DNA of 12,358 bases, taken from NCBI GenBank assembly GCA_028275885.1, contig JAPWTW010000010.1, positions 1 through 12,358 of the forward strand, written 5' to 3'. The notes under the pieces were generated by a model that worked only from the letters and a program-made list of their open reading frames with translations, was not told the DNA's origin and made no database searches. Shown here one piece after another: positions 1-7,082 of the stretch (positions are counted from its first letter, which is position 1; the number at the start of each line of letters is the position of its first letter). The stretch is from Candidatus Nanopusillus sp. (GTDB lineage Archaea > Nanobdellota > Nanobdellia > Nanobdellales > Nanobdellaceae). A program made the translations under genes and the position numbers.

Positions 1-78
1 GCAATAATAGAACCTGGTGAAGGAAAGCAAATTATGGATGAAATAGTAAAGGCACTTAATACGTTGCTAAAGAAATAA
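1..78 (+). CDS. 3' end of an unidentified CDS (partial, enters from upstream)
   Basis: Frame 1 is open from base 1 and reads AIIEPGEGKQIMDEIVKALNTLLKK before TAA at 76-78. A T7 run follows. I recognise no family. Confidence 0.35.
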   Translation, partial: AIIEPGEGKQIMDEIVKALNTLLKK

Positions 79-88
79 ACTTTATAAA

Positions 89-95
89 TTTTTTT
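89..95 (+). terminator. oligo-T tract, putative archaeal terminator of the upstream gene
   Basis: Seven consecutive T begin 11 nt after the stop at 76-78. Archaeal RNAP is known to terminate at oligo-T. In DNA this AT-rich the signal is weak. Confidence 0.25.
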
Positions 96-130
96 ATTAT
101 TATATGTAGATTAATATAAGTAAAGAAAAA

Positions 131-138
131 TTTATAAA
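131..138 (+). promoter_or_regulatory. TATA box (TTTATAAA) with purine-rich BRE-like tract upstream
   Basis: TTTATAAA lies at 131-138 and is preceded by aaagaaaaa. Its first base is 30 nt upstream of the ATG at 161. The same spacing recurs at six other starts in the window. Confidence 0.5.
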
Positions 139-160
139 GCTTTGTGTAGATATATGTAAT

Positions 161-1087
161 ATGGCGTTAGAAGCTCTTATCGGAAAATATATGGATCAAA
201 TAAGTAAAGACACCAATTTAGGTCAACAAATATATAATGAACTAATAAATTCTATTAACGAGGCTTTAGAGTCTACTGTAAGACAAATAGATATGCAATT
301 AGATCCAAAATTCAATAAAGCATTAAAGTATATAATTGGAGGGTTTACTATAAGTTCAACTAAAGATGGTATAAATCCATCACAATTATATGGAGAAATG
401 GTAAATATATACAAACAAAATTTATTCGGAAATGATCAATTAGCAAATATTCATATGCTATCAGCATTATATATAAGAGCTCTCAAAAAATTGGGGTATC
501 CAGATCCGGTTACTGGTAAAAAAGAATATACAAATATCGCTAGGCAAGAAAGAGAAAATGTACAAAATATTGTAAATATGGTTGGAGATTTGTTAGCAAA
601 ATCTCTACATGAATATTATAAATCAATAGGTAAAGATGTAACGGAGGAGGAGATTGCAGCAAATCTGTATGTATATGCTTCAGCATTCTATAGCGAGTAT
701 GCTGGAATAATAAATAAAGTAAGATCATATATAACATCAAAGACACCAAATGTAACACTATTAGAATCTACAACTAGACTAATGCCTACATTAGATGATA
801 TATTTATGTCTTCTATAGAAAGCTTAATATCTACAATGTATTCAAAGGTGCAAATTCCTGGAGTAGTATCATTAATATTAAATTCTTGGGGTCAATACGG
901 ATTCTATAGGAATTGGTTTGATATAGTGTCTAGTAGAATTGGTGGCTATGTAAGTCCAAGACTACAACAACCTCTACAACCACCGGCAAGCCAACAACCA
1001 GCTCCTCAGCAGCAACAAGCTCCACAAGGTGGACAATCGGCAAACCAATTTAGACAACCACCAGGTCCACATGTGCTAAAGCCATAA
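161..1087 (+). CDS. hypothetical protein, predicted helical body with C-terminal P/Q-rich low-complexity tail
   Basis: 308-codon ORF preceded by a canonical TATA box. It has no signal peptide or TM segment. The tail SPRLQQPLQPPASQQPAPQQQQAPQGGQSANQFRQPPGPHVLKP is encoded at about 956-1084. I recognise no family. Confidence 0.7.
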   Translation: MALEALIGKYMDQISKDTNLGQQIYNELINSINEALESTVRQIDMQLDPKFNKALKYIIGGFTISSTKDGINPSQLYGEMVNIYKQNLFGNDQLANIHMLSALYIRALKKLGYPDPVTGKKEYTNIARQERENVQNIVNMVGDLLAKSLHEYYKSIGKDVTEEEIAANLYVYASAFYSEYAGIINKVRSYITSKTPNVTLLESTTRLMPTLDDIFMSSIESLISTMYSKVQIPGVVSLILNSWGQYGFYRNWFDIVSSRIGGYVSPRLQQPLQPPASQQPAPQQQQAPQGGQSANQFRQPPGPHVLKP

Positions 1088-1116
1088 AATAATAAGTAGT
1101 ATTATCATAAAATAAG

Positions 1117-2679
1117 ATGAAAATAGTAATATTAGCAGATCATAGGTGGAATTCTGGGGCAAAAACATATACTATAAGTGCAACTTTATCTTTTTTAAAA
1201 ATATATGAATTACTTAAAAGTAGATTAAAAGATTTAGAAATTAAACTTTATGTAACAACTTTTAATGGGAATAATGGTGTAGATTATCATGAAGTTGATT
1301 TTAATGAATTATATAAATTATATAAAGAAGGAAAAATAAAAGAAATCTTAGAACTTGCAATAGAACAAAATTATAATGACAAATCCAGAAAGATCGGGTT
1401 GGATGATTTATTAACTGGTTTATCCAGTTCAGATTTTAAATTTATTAGCAGTGCTGGTTTTGGGATATTTGATAGAAATATAACAAAGGAAAATTTAGAT
1501 AGAATATTATCTGAAAAGGGAAATTTTGTTGTAATGGTTCATTCTGATCTTGATGGTAATTTGTTAATTGATCTTTGGAATATAATTAATCGTAATGAAT
1601 TAAAAAATATAAGAGAAGAAACTAAAAGAAAAATATATAATTTATTTGAAAAAAGAATACATAAAGGTTATTTGGATGATGAAGATCAGAAAGAATTGAT
1701 AAATCTAGCAAAATATTTATTTTTTGAGGATAATGAAGAAGCTAGAGAATTAAGAGAAAAGTATAGGTGGTTAGTAGAAGCAATTGAAAAAGAATTGCAT
1801 ATATTGGATAGGTTAAAATATGGAATTGTAATGTTTCCTACAGATATCGTTCGTGATTCAAATGAAAGATATGCAGAAAAAGTTACTGGGTCTAAATTTA
1901 GAAGAGCAATAGTTTTAGATGAGCCAATGTTTATGATATCATTATGGAAGAATTATAGATATGAAATAAAAGCTTACAAAGATTATTATGTGGATTCATA
2001 TAAAGAGGATAAGAGAACAAAGCTAATTTATAACGGAAGAATTCATCCAGAAAAAGGTATAAATGATGTAATAAAGTTATATGAAGATTTACTTAAGGAG
2101 GGTAAAGATGTAATGTTAATAATAATTACTCCAGACATGCGTGAAGGAAGTGAAGAGTATGAAAAGTTAAAAGAAATTATAAGTAAATATAAGAGAGGAG
2201 AAGTTCATATATATAGTGAGCAAATGGGAAATTCATTGTATGTATATCCTTTACATCTCATAGGATTCTTAGAAGCAATGGGGGAATTAAAAAATACAGT
2301 ATATATTAACGCGGCTTATATAGAGTCATATGGTCTCGCTACTTTAGAGGCACTAATATTTGGAAAGTTGCCAATAATACATAGGAAGATTTCTGCATTA
2401 CAAGAATTAGAAAAAAAAGGAATATTAAGTAGTGAATTATCATTTAAGACATATGAAGATTTATATAATTTGGTTAAAGAAGTAATTGAAAAAATTGAAA
2501 GTGGAAGTTTTGATGTAAACAAATATATAAATGAAGAGAAAAGAAAAGAATTAATTGAGTCGACAGATCCTGAAAAAGTTGCGGAAATATATGCAGAAAT
2601 AATATACAATTATATAAAGGAAAATTATAACGTTAATTTAAAAAATCAAAAAGCGCAAGAAGATAATGTAAATTCATAA
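1117..2679 (+). CDS. glycosyltransferase, GT-B fold (family 1/4-like) with long atypical N-terminal half
   Basis: The C-terminal half carries the GT1/GT4 signature: NGRIHPEKGINDVI, followed by YINAAYIESYGLATLEALIFGKLPII (E-x7-E motif). The gene starts 29 nt after the previous stop with no clear TATA box, so it is probably co-transcribed. Confidence 0.8.
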   Translation: MKIVILADHRWNSGAKTYTISATLSFLKIYELLKSRLKDLEIKLYVTTFNGNNGVDYHEVDFNELYKLYKEGKIKEILELAIEQNYNDKSRKIGLDDLLTGLSSSDFKFISSAGFGIFDRNITKENLDRILSEKGNFVVMVHSDLDGNLLIDLWNIINRNELKNIREETKRKIYNLFEKRIHKGYLDDEDQKELINLAKYLFFEDNEEARELREKYRWLVEAIEKELHILDRLKYGIVMFPTDIVRDSNERYAEKVTGSKFRRAIVLDEPMFMISLWKNYRYEIKAYKDYYVDSYKEDKRTKLIYNGRIHPEKGINDVIKLYEDLLKEGKDVMLIIITPDMREGSEEYEKLKEIISKYKRGEVHIYSEQMGNSLYVYPLHLIGFLEAMGELKNTVYINAAYIESYGLATLEALIFGKLPIIHRKISALQELEKKGILSSELSFKTYEDLYNLVKEVIEKIESGSFDVNKYINEEKRKELIESTDPEKVAEIYAEIIYNYIKENYNVNLKNQKAQEDNVNS

Positions 2680-2685
2680 TCCTTA

Positions 2686-2691
2686 TTTTTT
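2686..2691 (+). terminator. oligo-T tract, putative terminator
   Basis: A T6 run begins 7 nt after the TAA at 2677-2679. Confidence 0.25.
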
Positions 2692-2706
2692 GGTGGTTAT
2701 CTAATT

Positions 2707-2714
2707 TTTATAAA
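2707..2714 (+). promoter_or_regulatory. TATA box (TTTATAAA) for ppsA
   Basis: An exact TTTATAAA whose first base is 31 nt upstream of the ATG at 2738. Confidence 0.5.
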
Positions 2715-2737
2715 GATCAATATTTCTTTAATTTTTT

Positions 2738-5020
2738 ATGGTATATATAAAGTGGCTTAATGAATTATCTAAAGATGATAGGAATATTGTTGGTGGAAAA
2801 GCTGCAAATTTGGGAGAAATGATAAAAATGGGAATTCCAGTTCCCCCAGGATTTGCAATAACAATAGATGGCTATTGGAGATTTGTAGAATATAATGGAA
2901 TAGGAAATAAAATAGAAGAAATATTAAAATCAATTGACGTAAATAATATAGCTCAATTAAGGAAAGCAGCTAATCAAATACAAGAATTATTTATGAAAGG
3001 AAATATTCCAGATGACTTAAAGAATGAAATATTAGAAAACTATAGAAAATTATCTAGTATGTTTGGAAATGAACCAATATTTGTTGCTGTAAGATCTTCA
3101 GCAACTACAGAAGATTTGCCAAATGCCTCTTTTGCAGGTCAGCAGGCTACATATTTAAATGTAAAAGGCGAAGATAAATTATTGGATGCTGTTAAAAAAT
3201 GTTGGGCATCTCTATGGACTGCGAGAGTAATTAATTATAGAGCAATGATGGGAATTGATCAAAATAAAATAGCCTTAAGTGTTGTAGTACAAAAACAAGT
3301 ATTTTCAAAGAAATCTGGTGTTATGTTTACTGCAGATCCTGTTAAAAATGATTTATCAAAAATAGTAATTGAATCTTCTTGGGGATTGGGTGAAGCAATT
3401 GTTTCTGGAGCAGTAATACCAGATGAATATGTTGTAGATAAGAATACATTAAATATATTAGAAGTAAAAATAAATGAAAAGAAAGTTATGACAGCATATG
3501 ATCCAGATTCTCTTACAAAGGAAGTAGAAGTTCCAAATGAATTAAAGAATGCTAGAGTATTATCTGATGATGAAATAAGAACTTTAGCGAATTATGGAAA
3601 AATATTGGAACAACATTATGGAAAACCACAAGATATAGAATATGCAATTGATGATACTGGTATATATATTGTACAAACAAGAGATATAACAACAATTAAG
3701 AAAACGAAGAAAGAAGAATTAGAAATAAAAAGTGAAAAAATATTATTAAGGGGTATTGCTGCATCTCCTGGTGTTGGTACTGGAAAAGTAAAAATAATAT
3801 TATCTCCAGAAGAATTTGATAAATTTGAAGAAGGGGATGTATTAGTTACTGTAATGACAAATCCAGATTTTGAACCATTAATGGCAAAGGCTTCTGCAAT
3901 AGTTACAGATGAAGGTGGACATTTATCACATGCTGCAATTGTTTCAAGAGAACTTGGTAAACCTGCTGTTGTTGGAACAAAAGATGCAACTAAAATATTA
4001 AAAGATGGAATGGTTATAACTGTAGATGGAACACATGGTATTGTATATGAAGGAGAAGTAAAATTGGGAGAATTAACTAAAAAAGAAGTTGCAAGGAAAA
4101 TAATAAAATCTACACCATTAGAAATTACAGCTACAAAAATCATGGCAATTGCCGATTATCCAGAAACTGTAAGTAAAGTAAAAGATTTAGTAGATGGAAT
4201 AGGATTATTAAGGTTGGAGTTCTTAGTATTAAGAAATAGAAAACATCCAAGATGGTATTTAGATAATAATAAGTTAGATGAATTTACGAATATGTTAGTA
4301 GAAAGATTAGAAGAAATATTAAGAATTATGTATCCAAAGCCAGTAATAGTTAGGACATTGGATATGAGGACTGATGAATATAGAAATTTAGAAGGAGGAG
4401 AAAAAGAACCAAAAGAAGCAAATCCAATGATGGGATGGCATGGTATCAGGAGAGATTTAGATCAAGAACAATTATTTAGAGCTCAGATAAGAGCTTTTAA
4501 AATATTAATAAAAGAAAGAGGATTGAATAATTTATGGATAATGTTGCCATTTGTAATATCATGGGAAGAAGTATATAGAGCAAAAGAAATAATTAAAAGT
4601 GAGGGATTAATACCTGGAAAGGATATAAAGTTCGGAATAATGATAGAAACACCTGCCGCTGCATTAACAATTGAAGATATAATTAAGAATGCTGGTATAG
4701 ACTTTGTATCTTTTGGAACAAACGATTTGACTCAATTAACGTTAGGAGTAGATAGAAATAATGAAATGGTACAAAAACTAATGGATGAAGGGCATCCTGC
4801 AGTTGTTAAATTAATATCAAGGGTAATAAAAGTATGTAAAAAATATGGGGTATATACATCATTATGTGGACAAGCAGGATCTAGACCTGATTATGCAGAA
4901 TTATTGGTAAAACTTGGTATAGATTCTATCTCAGTAAATGTGGATGCAATAGAATTAGTAAGGGAAACTGTAGCAAGGATGGAGAAAAAACTTTTATTAG
5001 ATAAAATAAGAAAATTATAA
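2738..5020 (+). CDS. ppsA: phosphoenolpyruvate synthase (pyruvate, water dikinase)
   Basis: 760 aa. The N-terminus WLNELSKDDRNIVGGKAANLGEM is an ATP-grasp start. The phosphohistidine swivel motif is TDEGGHLSHAAIVSRELGKPAVVG. The C-terminal PEP-utilising TIM barrel has FVSFGTNDLTQLTLGVDR and SLCGQAGS. The length fits PpsA rather than PPDK. Confidence 0.95.
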   Translation: MVYIKWLNELSKDDRNIVGGKAANLGEMIKMGIPVPPGFAITIDGYWRFVEYNGIGNKIEEILKSIDVNNIAQLRKAANQIQELFMKGNIPDDLKNEILENYRKLSSMFGNEPIFVAVRSSATTEDLPNASFAGQQATYLNVKGEDKLLDAVKKCWASLWTARVINYRAMMGIDQNKIALSVVVQKQVFSKKSGVMFTADPVKNDLSKIVIESSWGLGEAIVSGAVIPDEYVVDKNTLNILEVKINEKKVMTAYDPDSLTKEVEVPNELKNARVLSDDEIRTLANYGKILEQHYGKPQDIEYAIDDTGIYIVQTRDITTIKKTKKEELEIKSEKILLRGIAASPGVGTGKVKIILSPEEFDKFEEGDVLVTVMTNPDFEPLMAKASAIVTDEGGHLSHAAIVSRELGKPAVVGTKDATKILKDGMVITVDGTHGIVYEGEVKLGELTKKEVARKIIKSTPLEITATKIMAIADYPETVSKVKDLVDGIGLLRLEFLVLRNRKHPRWYLDNNKLDEFTNMLVERLEEILRIMYPKPVIVRTLDMRTDEYRNLEGGEKEPKEANPMMGWHGIRRDLDQEQLFRAQIRAFKILIKERGLNNLWIMLPFVISWEEVYRAKEIIKSEGLIPGKDIKFGIMIETPAAALTIEDIIKNAGIDFVSFGTNDLTQLTLGVDRNNEMVQKLMDEGHPAVVKLISRVIKVCKKYGVYTSLCGQAGSRPDYAELLVKLGIDSISVNVDAIELVRETVARMEKKLLLDKIRKL

Positions 5021-5812
5021 ATGAATAAAAAGGATATATTATATATATCTTTAATAACTGTTTTTTCTATATCTTTCATATTTTTACCAATAAATATTAA
5101 TATATTTGTTAAAATTGGAATAATTGTATTATTATATTTAATTTATTCATTAAAATATCTTCAAGAATATTTAGAATATGAAGAGATGATAAATAATTTT
5201 CCATTATTTTTAAGAGATCTATCCCATTATCTAAAAATAGGACAGCCATTACCAATTGCTCTAAAAACTATATCAAATAATTATTATGGGAAGAGATTAA
5301 ATAAAGAAATTAAATATATAATTTCTGAGATGGAATATGGGAAAACTTTTTATGATGCATTAAATGATTCTGCAAAGAGGATAAATAATTTAGAAATATC
5401 TGAAGTTTTATTGAATATAAATAATGTTTTAAAAAGTGGTGGGGATTTGAGTAATTTATTAGATACATTATCAGAAAGCATAAGAAATTTAGAAATGATT
5501 AAAAAGGATAGGTTATCTCAACTAAAGCTTACTACTTATACATATTATGGATTATATCTTGGAGTTCTATTATCAATTATTGCAGTATATTATTTAATAA
5601 TTAATATAAAATCACTAGGTCTTTCATTTAATAAAGAAACATATTATGAATTAATAAATATATATAAATTCTTATCTTTTTTATTATTATTAATTAATGC
5701 AGTTTTTACAGGTCTAGTTATTGGAAAGCTTGCAAAGGGAACGATAAAATCTGGTATAATTCATAGTATAATTTTAACGGCTATATCTATAAGTTTTTTC
5801 TTTTTATTATAA
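5021..5812 (+). CDS. type II secretion system F-domain membrane protein (FlaJ/TadC-like, single-domain half-size form)
   Basis: An N-terminal TM hairpin is followed by a cytoplasmic segment, FPLFLRDLSHYLKIGQPLPIALKTI...EMEYGKTFYDALNDSA...VLKSGGDLSNLLDTLSESI, that matches the T2SS-F domain pattern. Three C-terminal TM helices follow. The ATG comes directly after the ppsA TAA (taaatg). Confidence 0.65.
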   Translation: MNKKDILYISLITVFSISFIFLPININIFVKIGIIVLLYLIYSLKYLQEYLEYEEMINNFPLFLRDLSHYLKIGQPLPIALKTISNNYYGKRLNKEIKYIISEMEYGKTFYDALNDSAKRINNLEISEVLLNINNVLKSGGDLSNLLDTLSESIRNLEMIKKDRLSQLKLTTYTYYGLYLGVLLSIIAVYYLIINIKSLGLSFNKETYYELINIYKFLSFLLLLINAVFTGLVIGKLAKGTIKSGIIHSIILTAISISFFFLL

Positions 5813-5820
5813 TTTTAAAA
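5813..5820 (+). promoter_or_regulatory. TATA-like box (TTTTAAAA) for the mini-ORF
   Basis: Its first base is 31 nt upstream of the ATG at 5844. It starts immediately after the stop at 5810-5812. Confidence 0.4.
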
Positions 5821-5843
5821 TTTTTTTCATTTAATGAATTATA

Positions 5844-5969
5844 ATGGTATTCAAGAACTATAATGTTAAAATAAGAAAAGTTAAAGAATCAAGAAAATTT
5901 ATGAGACCACCTTTTTGGGCAGTAATTAAAAAATTTGGTAGAATAATTTCACCTTATAGATTAAAATAA
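5844..5969 (+). CDS. rpl39e: possible ribosomal protein eL39 (L39e), short form; ORF absent from the supplied track
   Basis: 41 codons: MVFKNYNVKIRKVKESRKFMRPPFWAVIKKFGRIISPYRLK. It is very basic. The core P-x-W-x-V-x-K-x-x-G-R-x(3,4)-P resembles archaeal L39e (..PIWIVLKTRGRVRYNP..). A TATA box sits at the standard distance. The C-terminus is shorter than typical L39e. Confidence 0.45.
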   Translation: MVFKNYNVKIRKVKESRKFMRPPFWAVIKKFGRIISPYRLK

Positions 5970-6998
5970 TTATACATTGGGTTCAACATTTTTTATTATA
6001 GGATCTATATCCATTCCTTGTCTTCTATTTTTTATTAATACAACTCTTGAATCAATATCTTCTTTAAATATTTCATAGCCAGGCAATTTTTCTACTAATC
6101 CTTTTGCAAAATTTCTTATATCTTCCATACTTGGAACATTTTCAAATTTTAATCTTGATCTTGAATATCCTAAGAATGAATAAGATTTTACTTCTACAAA
6201 ATGAGGATTATATATTTCAATTAATTTTGCCCATTCATCAAAATATTTTGGATCATCATTTATTCCCTTAATTAATGTTATTCTTGCAACTCTTCTTGTT
6301 TTCATTTTTGATGCAATTTCTAATGACTTTAGAAATCTTTCCCAATAATCTTTATATAAAGGTACAGATATTTTTTTATACATTTCTTTATTTGGAGCTG
6401 TAAATGATATATATAATTGTGTTGGTAATGCATTCTTTTCAATTAATCTTTCCAATGCTTCTGGAACTTGTCCAGATGTTACTATAAATATTGATTTTAT
6501 CCATGGCCAATTTTTCTTAATATATAATATACTCTCTGCAACATATGGGTATAACAATGGTTCTCCCGATAATGAAAATGTAACATGTGTTGGTTTATCA
6601 ATAAATTTATCTAATAATTCTTTATTTGCCTTTAGATTTCCATAATATCCAATTAATAATTTCTTTCTTAATTCTCTTAATTTTTCCATTATTTCTTCAG
6701 GTTTATCTACTTTATCTTCCGGTAGTATATCATAATAAGGTTCAAATTTTGTATTTGGTCTCCAGCAAAATATGCATCTATTTGTGCACCAAACAACAGA
6801 TTGTGTCATTTCCATACATCCTGCAGTATCTATCCCATAGAATTTATTTTTATAACATGTTCTTCCATTTATGATTGATTCTTTTGTCCAATGACAAATT
6901 TCGACAGCAGAATGATTATAAATTCCATATCCAGCTTTCTCTAATTGTTTTAAAGTCTTTAAATCATGTATCTTCCATTTTTCAATATTTTCATTCAT
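5970..6998 (-). CDS. taw1: S-adenosyl-L-methionine-dependent tRNA 4-demethylwyosine synthase (Taw1/TYW1, radical SAM)
   Basis: 342 aa. The radical-SAM cluster motif is CTNRCIFCWRP. Upstream Cys residues (EICHW, GRTCYKNKFYG, AGCMEM) are positioned for the auxiliary 4Fe-4S cluster. The motifs LSGEPLLYPY, QLYISF and VEVKSY are typical of archaeal Taw1. Confidence 0.9.
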   Translation of the reverse strand: MNENIEKWKIHDLKTLKQLEKAGYGIYNHSAVEICHWTKESIINGRTCYKNKFYGIDTAGCMEMTQSVVWCTNRCIFCWRPNTKFEPYYDILPEDKVDKPEEIMEKLRELRKKLLIGYYGNLKANKELLDKFIDKPTHVTFSLSGEPLLYPYVAESILYIKKNWPWIKSIFIVTSGQVPEALERLIEKNALPTQLYISFTAPNKEMYKKISVPLYKDYWERFLKSLEIASKMKTRRVARITLIKGINDDPKYFDEWAKLIEIYNPHFVEVKSYSFLGYSRSRLKFENVPSMEDIRNFAKGLVEKLPGYEIFKEDIDSRVVLIKNRRQGMDIDPIIKNVEPNV

Positions 6999-7021
6999 TG
7001 AATAATATATTATATAACACC

Positions 7022-7029
7022 ATTATAAA
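7022..7029 (-). promoter_or_regulatory. TATA box (TTTATAAT on minus strand) for taw1
   Basis: The reverse complement of attataaa reads TTTATAAT. Its first base (7029) is 31 nt upstream of the A of the taw1 ATG (6998). Confidence 0.45.
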
Positions 7030-7033
7030 TCTA

Positions 7034-7082
7034 TCAGCGAACTTGGCATTCATCATTTATCAGCTGAGAAGGCTTTCCTCAC
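7034..7082 (-). ncRNA. C/D-box sRNA candidate (2'-O-methylation guide), core from C box to D box
   Basis: The minus strand reads 5'-atctgg GTGAGGA aagccttctcag CTGA taa ATGATGA atgccaagttcg CTGA tagat-3'. The C box (7082-7076) has one mismatch to RUGAUGA. A 12-nt guide occupies 7075-7064 and D' occupies 7063-7060. After a 3-nt loop, a perfect C' box (7056-7050) is followed by a 12-nt guide (7049-7038) and the D box (7037-7034). The flanks atct/agat can form a 4-bp terminal stem. The element is a local GC island. Confidence 0.6.

Noticed and set aside
81-88. A second exact TTTATAAA octamer upstream of the 131-138 box
   Set aside because: No ATG lies 29-31 nt away on either strand, and the nearby atg at 104 is followed immediately by tag. 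It is more likely part of the AT/T-rich terminator region of the upstream gene.
223-758. Minus-strand ORFs 223-414 and 540-758 from the ORF track
   Set aside because: They are antisense to the well-supported 161-1087 CDS. Their translations are low-complexity and I/L/Y-rich, with no promoter context. Such ORFs are typical shadow ORFs in AT-rich DNA.
2316-2609. Minus-strand ORF inside the glycosyltransferase gene
   Set aside because: It is an antisense shadow ORF that overlaps the conserved E-x7-E region of the GT, and it has no recognisable motif.
3564-3573. CTGATGATGA (D'-like plus C'-like) inside ppsA on the plus strand
   Set aside because: No D box follows 12 nt downstream and no C box lies 12 nt upstream. 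The motif encodes SDDE.
3616-4143. 175-aa minus-strand ORF inside ppsA
   Set aside because: It lies opposite the most conserved part of PEP synthase (the phosphohistidine domain). Its length is a by-product of codon bias on the sense strand.
4891-5079. Minus-strand ORF spanning the ppsA/T2SS-F junction
   Set aside because: It is antisense to two supported CDSs and its sequence is uninformative.
5834-5863. Alternative start ATG at 5834 for the mini-ORF region
   Set aside because: That frame reads MNYNGIQEL and stops after 9 codons. The 5844 frame gives the basic eL39-like peptide and has the standard TATA spacing.
6235-6259. Minus-strand ATGATGA - 12 nt - TGATGA, which looks like C and C' boxes with a 12-nt spacer
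   Set aside because: No CTGA D or D' boxes occur at the required positions. The motifs are explained by the Asp/Glu codons (DDPKYFDEW) of taw1.
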